From positions 1-35,007 of the IMG/VR virus record IMGVR_UViG_3300032227_000639: a DNA stretch of 35,007 nucleotides. One strand, 5' to 3'. The position numbers and the translations under genes are program-made. Below the pieces are notes generated by a model. The model ran no database searches and had not been told where the DNA came from. It worked only from the letters and a program-made list of their open reading frames with translations. Within the stretch, counting starts at the first letter, position 1; each line of letters begins with the position of its first letter. Below, in pieces: positions 25,992-34,093 of this stretch. Source of the DNA: a virus. Taxonomy: Duplodnaviria; Caudoviricetes.

Positions 25992-26636
25992 TTAATTTAT
26001 TTTAAATTTAAAGTTAGTTAATTTTTCTACTTCTTTTATATCTACTTCGTTATTTTCAATTCCGTCAGCTTTTGACTGATCGTTTTTGAATATATAAGCT
26101 TTCCATTCTTTTTTACTCTTTATGTAAATCACTTTCCAGCATTTATCAGGAACAGATACTTTTCCTATTTTTCTTTTTTCTCCTACTGATCCTGTCCATA
26201 CTTTAACTGAATCTAAGGACTTTGCTAATTCTCTAGTGCGCATTTCTAAAGTCTTCCAGTCTCCTCTATTTAATTGTCCATATTGTGGAGCCATATTAGA
26301 GAAGTAAAAAGACTCTATCATAGCATCTTTACCAGAACATTGATTATCAGCTGCTGGAGCCATGTGGCCGCGATCATATCCTGAACCAACATAATCACTA
26401 GCTAAGTCTGTATAAGCAAAAAGAAGTGGATCTGGTGCAAACTTGTCTTGTCTTGGGATAGGTTTGTGACAAGATAGCTTTTCTTTTGTTACCCACCACT
26501 CAACTAATACAGGATATTTTAATGACTTTGAAAATACAGTGGCATACTCTTTATGAAACAATCTCACTGTATCTTGTGCCTTTAATGACACACTAAGGAA
26601 AAAAACTAACGCTGAGGATAATAATGCTCTAAACAT
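25992..26636 (-). CDS. exported DNA/RNA non-specific endonuclease (NucA type)
   Basis: signal peptide; GYDRGHMAP, SNMAPQ, LNRGDWKTLE. Confidence 0.9.
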   Translation of the reverse strand: MFRALLSSALVFFLSVSLKAQDTVRLFHKEYATVFSKSLKYPVLVEWWVTKEKLSCHKPIPRQDKFAPDPLLFAYTDLASDYVGSGYDRGHMAPAADNQCSGKDAMIESFYFSNMAPQYGQLNRGDWKTLEMRTRELAKSLDSVKVWTGSVGEKRKIGKVSVPDKCWKVIYIKSKKEWKAYIFKNDQSKADGIENNEVDIKEVEKLTNFKFKIN

Positions 26637-26806
26637 TCTTTATTATAAATATCTTTTGTCCTCATATACCTTTTAGGCTTAAAAGTATAACTTTGTTTAG
26701 GTTTATTCTTTTTTTCCCAATCTGCATATTGATCTTCTTTAAGCCAGTGATCAGTTTGCTTTCTCATTATTTTAAGTAAAAAGTCACGTCTTTGTTCGTA
26801 TGTCAT
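26606..26806 (-). CDS. hypothetical protein
   Basis: ORF in operon position; no motif. Confidence 0.45.
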   Translation of the reverse strand: MTYEQRRDFLLKIMRKQTDHWLKEDQYADWEKKNKPKQSYTFKPKRYMRTKDIYNKECLEHYYPQR

Positions 26807-26827
26807 ATAACTAATTATTGTTGTAAC

Positions 26828-27019
26828 TTAATATATTTCGTCATAAAGACTTTCATCATATACCTCTCTACCTGCAACTCTATTTATTTTTTCTGTCTCA
26901 TCTAAAAAGTCTTCTCCTTTATAGTTTGGGTGGTTTTTCTGCATGAAGTCAATACCTCCTACCCAGAGCCATACGAGTGCCGCTAGTAACGTAAAGACAA
27001 TTGCGTAAATTATAAACAT
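26828..27019 (-). CDS. small membrane protein
   Basis: N-terminal TM helix, then HPNYKGEDF. Confidence 0.6.
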   Translation of the reverse strand: MFIIYAIVFTLLAALVWLWVGGIDFMQKNHPNYKGEDFLDETEKINRVAGREVYDESLYDEIY

Positions 27020-27030
27020 AGTATATTATT

Positions 27031-27606
27031 TTAGTCCCACCAGGTTCTGAGATCTGATCCATCCCAATCTTTGTACTCCTTGTATTTCTTTCCATGGATG
27101 ATCTCACAAAATTCTTTCCACTCTTTTTGCTCTAGCCTATGCGCTTCTTTATATACTTTTCTTTGATGATCTTTCTCTTCTGGAGTATCATCATCGGCTA
27201 GCATATAAAAGTCTTCATTTCCTGTTTCTATAAATCTGAGTGGTTTATAGTTAATTTGTCCATGCATCTGTTCTGCCATCATAATATAGTTTGAATCAAC
27301 TATGTTATCAATAATTTGGCAGAGTCTTCTCATTTTAACAACCTTCTTATTCTTGGACTCTTCAACTTCATAACCTTTTGCTTCCATTCCATCAATCTGT
27401 ATTTGTACAGACTTTTTTAACATCATTAGAGTAAAACTATGATCCCACCATCTATGAGACCACAACTCATGGCGAAACCTCCATACGTTCTTAAAGAACT
27501 CAGGAAGTTGTTTCACTGTGGTATTATAAGCCTTATAAATAAGACTAGATTCCCACGTTAACCTCTTCAGACTTTGAAAAAAGGAATTTTTTGTTTTGAC
27601 TTCCAT
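27031..27606 (-). CDS. hypothetical phage protein
   Basis: Trp-rich, ends LRTWWD. Confidence 0.7.
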   Translation of the reverse strand: MEVKTKNSFFQSLKRLTWESSLIYKAYNTTVKQLPEFFKNVWRFRHELWSHRWWDHSFTLMMLKKSVQIQIDGMEAKGYEVEESKNKKVVKMRRLCQIIDNIVDSNYIMMAEQMHGQINYKPLRFIETGNEDFYMLADDDTPEEKDHQRKVYKEAHRLEQKEWKEFCEIIHGKKYKEYKDWDGSDLRTWWD

Positions 27607-27657
27607 AACCTTTCTTTTGATAAATATATGACAATAAAATTAAAGAAAAAAATACTT

Positions 27658-28152
27658 TTAAAGAGTTATTTTTGGCATTGGTTTAAGATTTTGAGTAATC
27701 CCACCCTTTAACTCTTTAATATATTCATAGAGCTCTAATGTCGTACCATCAAAAGATTCCATGGTAGAGTCTAGCTCTTCTTCAGATATTTTAAACTCTT
27801 TCTTGAAGTCTTTCTTCATATTTTTGACTATTTCTGTTTCTTCTTTTAGAAAGTCTTCATGAAGCTTTTTGTATCTGGCTCTGAATAAACTAATTTTGTC
27901 TAACTTGTCTTCATAAGCTTTTAGATGTTGGGTTGCGTCTTCAAGTAAATAGTTCTCATGTTCTGCTTGATAATAGTAATCAGAAGTCTCATAGTCACCG
28001 TTAAGTATCTTTTCATAAAGAGTACGATAAGGATGCAGAGTTTGCCTTTGTTGATAGCGTCTCCACCAAACAAATTGATTATAAGTTTTTTTAGGGAGGT
28101 GAGAGAGTTTTTGTTCAATGTGCTCTCTTGTCATTTTAGTTTCGAATATCAT
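27658..28152 (-). CDS. hypothetical phage protein
   Basis: 164-aa ORF, FVWWRRY and NGDYE; no function assigned. Confidence 0.7.
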   Translation of the reverse strand: MIFETKMTREHIEQKLSHLPKKTYNQFVWWRRYQQRQTLHPYRTLYEKILNGDYETSDYYYQAEHENYLLEDATQHLKAYEDKLDKISLFRARYKKLHEDFLKEETEIVKNMKKDFKKEFKISEEELDSTMESFDGTTLELYEYIKELKGGITQNLKPMPKITL

Positions 28153-28169
28153 AACCTTTATTTTTTTGT

Positions 28170-28817
28170 TTAATTGAACATGTCGTAGTGCCTAGGATAA
28201 ACGTGTAAATTCGTAACAAACCAATGCATTTGACCTACTTGGTATCCTGTCTTTCTTGAGACATGTTCCATTAGCTTAGCAAACGTGTATTGGTCATTAC
28301 AGAAACCAAACACAAGATCAATGGATCTAGCAAAGACTGTGAGATGTAGTTTATCGTCTTTGATGTAGAAATTAAGTACGTCATTACAAGGAGTATCATA
28401 TTTATATCTATCTATTTCGTGTAGAATGTAATGTACAACAATTGCTCGACGTGTTTCTTTATTTCTTTTTAGTTCATCAATAACTTTGTTAAGCTGATTG
28501 TTATAATTCCAAAAGTATCCATAGTTAGAGTTTACTTCTGTAGTACCTGGTACCATCATTTGATTCCATATCTTAGCACGTTCACCGATTTCTTTAGCAT
28601 CTCTATCTCCTTTAAGATACCAATGCCATTCATATTCAGCATAATCTTGGTTAAACTTACGTCTAGGAGTTGTAATTACTTTATCTATAGGATTATCAAT
28701 AGTAAAAGAAACATTGAACTTTGCTTTAGTATTAGCAAAGTCTTCACCTGTGTCTATAATATAATGAAATAAGTTTTCAAATGCACTAGTAGGTGTTGAA
28801 TACATTTTATTGTCCAT
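28170..28817 (-). CDS. thymidylate-synthase-fold enzyme, T4 gp42 (dCMP hydroxymethylase)-like
   Basis: VNSNYG, TRRA, DTPC, RSIDLVFGFCND, LHVY; Asp at the position of ThyA Asn177. Confidence 0.8.
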   Translation of the reverse strand: MDNKMYSTPTSAFENLFHYIIDTGEDFANTKAKFNVSFTIDNPIDKVITTPRRKFNQDYAEYEWHWYLKGDRDAKEIGERAKIWNQMMVPGTTEVNSNYGYFWNYNNQLNKVIDELKRNKETRRAIVVHYILHEIDRYKYDTPCNDVLNFYIKDDKLHLTVFARSIDLVFGFCNDQYTFAKLMEHVSRKTGYQVGQMHWFVTNLHVYPRHYDMFN

Positions 28818-29217
28818 ATTGTTCTACTTCTATAAATTGTGATAAAAAGTCTATGCCTTGAGTATTTCGATATACATTCAAATATACAACTTTTTTTATT
28901 CCTGATTGCAAAATAAGTTTAGAGCAGTCTAAACAAGGACTAAGTGTTAAGTACAAAGTAGAACCATCTACAGAGTTGCCTGTTTTTGCTGCTTTTAAAA
29001 TAGCTCCCATTTCTGCGTGGATAACATAAGGTAGTGTAACATTATCTCTCTCGCAACAATTATCCATTCCAGAAGGAGTGCCGTTATAAGACATACTTAT
29101 AATATTACCATCTTTAACTAATATAGCTCCGACTTTAGATCTATTACATTTAGATAGAGTCGATATTTCTTTAGCTATATTTAAAAAAATAGTATCTAAT
29201 TTTTTTTGCGTTGGCAT
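28807..29217 (-). CDS. dCMP deaminase
   Basis: KVGA, YNGTPSG, HAE, SPCLDC. Confidence 0.92.
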   Translation of the reverse strand: MPTQKKLDTIFLNIAKEISTLSKCNRSKVGAILVKDGNIISMSYNGTPSGMDNCCERDNVTLPYVIHAEMGAILKAAKTGNSVDGSTLYLTLSPCLDCSKLILQSGIKKVVYLNVYRNTQGIDFLSQFIEVEQYGQ

Positions 29218-29756
29218 ATCCTTCCTTTTTTATATCCTTTTGGTATTTCTTTACCTTCTTTAATTAATAAATTGTCTTCACCATTAGTGTACCAATGTTT
29301 AGCGTGATATTTTCTAGGTAGTAGACCTATTCTTTTTAAATGTCCTGATTCAGCATTCTTTTTTCCTTGAGCTGCGCCACCCATCCTACAAATTTCTCTT
29401 CTAATATCTTCATTAAAAAAAGCATTTGCTTTTTTTTCTCTACATACCTCTGCTGCTTTTTTTCCTGACAATTTATGATCATGCATTGCTTGTATTTTTT
29501 TCATGAACCCAGAATCTGCATTTATCTTACCCTGTCTTTTACCATTCATAGATCTTACTTCATTAATTAGATCTTCTTTTGATATTTGACCAGATAAACA
29601 TCTCCAAGCTATAAAATCTTCTTGCCTTCCATATTTTTCCCATAATAGTTTATGTTCTTCAGCGTGTTGTTCTAATGTTACCATTTTTATATTAGTAAGA
29701 TCATCAGAACCTCCTGCATGTTTAGGAATTATATGATGCCTATACAATTTACTCAT
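29196..29756 (-). CDS. HNH homing endonuclease-like protein
   Basis: start reassigned to MSKLY; HHIIPKHAGGSDDLTN..H..EH; C-terminal WYTNG..GYKKGR module. Confidence 0.8.
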   Translation of the reverse strand: MSKLYRHHIIPKHAGGSDDLTNIKMVTLEQHAEEHKLLWEKYGRQEDFIAWRCLSGQISKEDLINEVRSMNGKRQGKINADSGFMKKIQAMHDHKLSGKKAAEVCREKKANAFFNEDIRREICRMGGAAQGKKNAESGHLKRIGLLPRKYHAKHWYTNGEDNLLIKEGKEIPKGYKKGRICQRKKN

Positions 29757-29767
29757 AAAAAATAAAA

Positions 29768-29864
29768 GGCTCAAAAAGAAATGGAGCTACGACCTTCCAA
29801 GACTTAAAGAGCCAATAAGTTTATTATAGATTGCTAGTCGTAGTAACATTCTATCTATAATAAA
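29768..29864 (-). promoter_or_regulatory. structured leader: two hairpins with complementary loops
   Basis: 12-bp stem TTTATTATAGAT/ATCTATAATAAA with loop CTACGAC; second stem GGCTC/GAGCC with loop GTCGTAG. Confidence 0.65.
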
Positions 29865-29968
29865 TATCACATCTTTTCTATTTATAAACTATCAAGTAAA
29901 TGATTAGTATCGGGTTTTATAGAGATTTGATTCTCTAATCATTTTACTGATGTTTGTTGCGCCATATT

Positions 29969-30385
29969 TTACTTATTATGTGTTTCATTCCAATAATTAA
30001 ATAATTCCTCAGTAGAAGAGGCGCACGCTCCTTCAGTTTGTCGATTATACCACAAAGAGTCTTGTATATACCATTGATTAGTAACTATCCATTCTGTAAA
30101 TTGTAACATTGTTTTTGTGTACTCTTTTAATTGGTCTTGCTGTTTAACTTCTATTTCTTCTTTACTTACTAGTTCTTGAAAATTAAGATTTAAAGCACTA
30201 ATTATAGTAAATTGAGCACCAGCAACTTCTCTCATTACATGATTGTGTTGAATTGCTTCAATAGGATGAGAATCTTTGCTCTTGTAATGCTCAGACACAA
30301 TCTCTGCTAATTCATTACATAGTTCTTTTACACGTTCAATTTTGGTGTCTACTGAAATTTTTTTGTTTTGATGTTCTTGTTTCAT
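29969..30385 (-). CDS. hypothetical protein
   Basis: start reassigned to MKQEH; the upstream part of the track ORF is A-rich leader/promoter. Confidence 0.55.
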   Translation of the reverse strand: MKQEHQNKKISVDTKIERVKELCNELAEIVSEHYKSKDSHPIEAIQHNHVMREVAGAQFTIISALNLNFQELVSKEEIEVKQQDQLKEYTKTMLQFTEWIVTNQWYIQDSLWYNRQTEGACASSTEELFNYWNETHNK

Positions 30386-30410
30386 TTTGTTTTTATTTGT
30401 TTTTATTATA

Positions 30411-30443
30411 ATAAAGATAAGAATTTTATTTTGGGTCTCCAAC
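30411..30443 (-). promoter_or_regulatory. putative Bacteroidota-type promoter
   Basis: minus strand TTG-N20-TATCTTTA upstream of 30385. Confidence 0.45.
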
Positions 30444-30480
30444 TTTATTTTCACAATTTTTAAAATGGTGTTTTTTCATA

Positions 30481-30909
30481 TTACAATCCTGTAGAACCGA
30501 ATCCACCTGAACCTCTTTGTGTGTTTCTGTTTGGTAATTCATCAACTTCTAATATATCTAGGTAACCAACTGGAATTAAAACGAACTGAACTAATTTTTG
30601 TCCCGTAACAATAGTTTGATCTTTATTAGATGTATTGATCATGTGGAGATGAACTTCTCCTTCATAGTCTTCATCTACTACACAAGCGCCTACTGATAGA
30701 CCTTGCTTAACAGCTACACCTGATTTATTAAATGCTACTAAAGCATAGCCTCTAGGAACTTGTACTCTAACACCTGATGGGATCAATACTGATTCACCTG
30801 GCTTTAGTACTACGGTTTCAAAATCCTCAGGTACATAAAAATCAATTCCTGCTGATGCCTCTGTGCCCCTATTTGGGGTCTTTACGTTTCGTAACTTTTG
30901 TATCTTCAT
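30481..30909 (-). CDS. dut: trimeric dUTPase
   Basis: AGIDF, KSG, VVDEDYEGE, VQ, RGSGGFGSTG; start reassigned to MKIQK. Confidence 0.93.
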   Translation of the reverse strand: MKIQKLRNVKTPNRGTEASAGIDFYVPEDFETVVLKPGESVLIPSGVRVQVPRGYALVAFNKSGVAVKQGLSVGACVVDEDYEGEVHLHMINTSNKDQTIVTGQKLVQFVLIPVGYLDILEVDELPNRNTQRGSGGFGSTGL

Positions 30910-31174
30910 TTTGAACATTGTTTTGATAATCATTTAGTGAAGCAATATACGCAACACAATCTAATAAATTGTCTTCTTTATGGTTATAAGCTTGTCTTGA
31001 TAACTTTAATGCAATCATACAATTGTACATATCGACTGCAGTTAATTCTTTACGACTCAATAACGATGCAATCTTGGCTGCCTCTTGCATGCCTTCTTGC
31101 ATTGGCCCATATTGACGAGCTTTTTCTTCAGATCTCTTGTAGATGATCTCGTTTGCTTGTTCTAGTATATTCAT
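30869..31174 (-). CDS. DUF6378-like small all-alpha protein (possible nucleotide hydrolase)
   Basis: ILEQANEII..R..YG, MIALKLSR, DNLLDCVAY. Confidence 0.65.
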   Translation of the reverse strand: MNILEQANEIIYKRSEEKARQYGPMQEGMQEAAKIASLLSRKELTAVDMYNCMIALKLSRQAYNHKEDNLLDCVAYIASLNDYQNNVQNEDTKVTKRKDPK

Positions 31175-31210
31175 GGAATAAATATAAAACAGAATTAATA
31201 AATGGTAAAA

Positions 31211-32098
31211 CTATTCTCCTAAGTACTTAATAATATCAGACTTATCACCCCACTCTCTTTGAGAGTCTATATCACTTGGCTTGATTGTAGGTTTAGGCAT
31301 ATTTCTAGCAACATTCCAGAACCAATTTCCAGAGTTGCCATAACGTTTCATATAGTCCCAACCTTTTGCATCATAGGTTTTGATACAATCAAATGGAGTA
31401 TCAATATCACAATCTTTAAGGAATTCTTTATGATATGCATAGAATTTAGCTCTACCTAATTCACCAGGTTGTACATTTCTTGCGACTGCCACTGCATTAA
31501 ACTTAGTATCTGGAAGTGCTATTTGAAGTGTTCTAGATAATACTCCTGTTGAGAATACGCTCCACAATTCATCTATATTTTTATCTTTAAATGCTTCATG
31601 AAATATCTTAACTCCACCTGCTACAACTTGTTCGTGTTTAAGACCAAATGGTAGATATTTTGCACCAATCTTTTGTGCGAACTCTTTTGCCCAACCATTT
31701 ATAGTTGGCATTGCAGGAGTCTTTAAGAATATTGGAGTTGCACCATCTTCAATAACACGTAGTTGATGTTCAGAAGCTTCTTTAGATGCAGGCATAAGTA
31801 GCACAAGTTTTTTATTGTACTTCTTTGCAAGATATGTAAGTGAATATGGAGCATAGCCTGTTCTTGGTGCAACATAAACTAATATATCTTCTTTTACTTG
31901 ACTGATCATGAAGTCACCCATTTTTGCTTTACTTCCGTATTGAAATTCTCCATCATCTATCACATTATAACCGTCAATTTGTTTTATTGAAAAGTCAAAG
32001 TCCGGTTTATAATCTTTTGTCATTTCAAGATAGTAGTTTAAATCTCTACCATCTGACATGTCTAAATTTGATTGATCAGTTGCTTTATTTATAAACAT
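31211..32098 (-). CDS. PLP-dependent enzyme (fold type II, TrpB/PALP-like)
   Basis: DD....YGSK (PLP lysine), VYVAPRTGYA, WSVFSTGVLSR, YDAK, FWNV. Confidence 0.75.
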   Translation of the reverse strand: MFINKATDQSNLDMSDGRDLNYYLEMTKDYKPDFDFSIKQIDGYNVIDDGEFQYGSKAKMGDFMISQVKEDILVYVAPRTGYAPYSLTYLAKKYNKKLVLLMPASKEASEHQLRVIEDGATPIFLKTPAMPTINGWAKEFAQKIGAKYLPFGLKHEQVVAGGVKIFHEAFKDKNIDELWSVFSTGVLSRTLQIALPDTKFNAVAVARNVQPGELGRAKFYAYHKEFLKDCDIDTPFDCIKTYDAKGWDYMKRYGNSGNWFWNVARNMPKPTIKPSDIDSQREWGDKSDIIKYLGE

Positions 32099-32100
32099 AA

Positions 32101-33144
32101 CTATTTTAGTTTGGTTGCAAAGTCATAATACTTATCATGACCCCATGTTTGTTTAAGAATAGAATTATTATGCATCCTACGACCGTTATTTTTAATAATA
32201 TGATCTTCAGACTGATATTCTTGAAAATAACGAACTACGTCACAAGCTCTACTATCTTCACAATCAATTGGATTTAAGTTATATCTATTAGATAAGAATT
32301 GTAGCACTTCATTAATATACTCAAACTCTTTTACTTTAGGACTAACTTTAGGAAAGATAGCTTTAATACAACGAATAGCATTTGTTCCTGCATATACCCA
32401 ACCTTTAGGATTTACCATGTTAGGAAAATATTCACCTAAGTCAGCAGCAAATGCAGTCAATACAAAATTTTGTTTTTTAAATCCAACACTATTAAGATAT
32501 TCGTTACCGATATCTGTTACTTGATAGATGTCTAATCTTTTAGTAGTAACAGCTTCGTAAATGTGTCTAACTAAACCTTCTGAATGTTCAAGAATAAAAC
32601 GTCTTAAATGCCCTCTAGTCTCGCCTTCAAAAGTGAATTGTGGAAGTAAATATCCTTTATTGTCTGTAAAAGGTGTGATGCGGTTCCTAAGGTCTTCTTT
32701 CCATTCTGGCCACGTGTATCTTTCTTTCAATATAGAATCTACAATCCAGAAATTACCGAAACCATGCGTACCCAGGATGTCCTTGATATGATCTGTCTTG
32801 TATCTAGGTACATAATTAATACCAGAACCACTTAGTCTAAATAGATAAAATAACATAAACCAATCAAACTCATCTTTTATATTATGATGTGTAAAGTGAT
32901 TGCCCATTCCTCTTAAGTCTTTTTCTTTATACCATACGGCTTCAGTAAAAGCGCAGAATGCGGCAAATCTACGATGCGCAGTATCATAAATAGGTACATG
33001 ATAAATTAAATCGTCATTAACATCTGCAAGTAAGTCTCCATCATAAGGAAGTTTAAGACTACCATGTTGTTGCATTAATAAACTACGCTTGTCGTATTCG
33101 TCTAATGCGTCAAGTAACTTTTCGTTGATAATAAATTTTTGCAT
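32101..33144 (-). CDS. aGPT-pyrophosphorylase-like amino acid:DNA transferase (HhH fold)
   Basis: LFR, F..TAFAADL, YAGTNAIRCI (cf. GPGA.RGL), DCEDSRACDVVRY (cf. E..LCE..KY), in family order. Confidence 0.6.
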   Translation of the reverse strand: MQKFIINEKLLDALDEYDKRSLLMQQHGSLKLPYDGDLLADVNDDLIYHVPIYDTAHRRFAAFCAFTEAVWYKEKDLRGMGNHFTHHNIKDEFDWFMLFYLFRLSGSGINYVPRYKTDHIKDILGTHGFGNFWIVDSILKERYTWPEWKEDLRNRITPFTDNKGYLLPQFTFEGETRGHLRRFILEHSEGLVRHIYEAVTTKRLDIYQVTDIGNEYLNSVGFKKQNFVLTAFAADLGEYFPNMVNPKGWVYAGTNAIRCIKAIFPKVSPKVKEFEYINEVLQFLSNRYNLNPIDCEDSRACDVVRYFQEYQSEDHIIKNNGRRMHNNSILKQTWGHDKYYDFATKLK

Positions 33145-34073
33145 TATTTTACAAATTCGTTTGCGAACATATAATATTTAGGCTTTAAGTGTACTGATTG
33201 CTTAGGTTCCATGTATTCAAACATCTTCATACCATCTTCATCAATCCATTCATTTGGCCATTGAAGTGTTTTAAGTCCTGAATTATTCATGATCCTATTT
33301 GCGGTATCTACCAATCTTGCTCTTTCTTGTCTTGTACCAAAATAAGCTTGTTTTAGATATAAACCTGTACCAGGTAATTTACGACTTTCATGCTCAACTG
33401 GTAACAAATTAACTATAGTAGCATTATTTAGTTTTTTAGCAAACTCTACATAATGTCTAATAAGATCTCCTACTGCTTTGGCAGGATTATTTTGCCTCAT
33501 TAAGTGAAAACGAATATCAATATTACCAAAGTAAAGAACTACTTCATCATACTTTTCATTCCACTCATCAACTAATGAGTCTGCATCTTTTAAGAAGCCA
33601 AATAAAGTTTTACCATCTGTTCTATCAAGACCAAAACCTGGTCTCCATACACTAAGTGAATGAGAATCGCCACGGACTAACTTTCTTGTATTATTTGCAT
33701 GTAGTCTAGCAAAGTCGATACAATTGATCGCAGCAAACTGATGATCAATATTAAATCTTTTATTAAAGACGTTAAGATCAATAGGAACATTAACTGCAAT
33801 AGCTAGACCTTTGTAATTAGCCATAGCTTCAAGCTTAGCTTTATGTTCAGGTTGTGGCCCTCCAATAAAATTAAACGTATTCTCTTGATAGTTAACTCCT
33901 TCTAGAATATATAGTCTTTCATATTCATTCCATATTGAAGGATCTGGATTAACATCTAAATCACCTGGATGTTCTGATTTTAGTATGTTCAACATAACAT
34001 GATAATAGCCTCCGCCGTGATGGCTTTGGCTACTACCAACATTATTGAGCATACCTACTACGGCTGCTTTCAT
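33144..34073 (-). CDS. SGNH/GDSL-like protein
   Basis: GDSHS, YFGNID, terminal SVH. Confidence 0.55.
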   Translation of the reverse strand: MKAAVVGMLNNVGSSQSHHGGGYYHVMLNILKSEHPGDLDVNPDPSIWNEYERLYILEGVNYQENTFNFIGGPQPEHKAKLEAMANYKGLAIAVNVPIDLNVFNKRFNIDHQFAAINCIDFARLHANNTRKLVRGDSHSLSVWRPGFGLDRTDGKTLFGFLKDADSLVDEWNEKYDEVVLYFGNIDIRFHLMRQNNPAKAVGDLIRHYVEFAKKLNNATIVNLLPVEHESRKLPGTGLYLKQAYFGTRQERARLVDTANRIMNNSGLKTLQWPNEWIDEDGMKMFEYMEPKQSVHLKPKYYMFANEFVK

Positions 34074-34093
34074 AACTTATTATTTTTGTTTTA

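Noticed and set aside
29903-29965. Micro-ORFs MAQQTSVK and MIRESNLYKTRY upstream of the HNH leader
   Set aside because: Too short to support; possibly gene remnants
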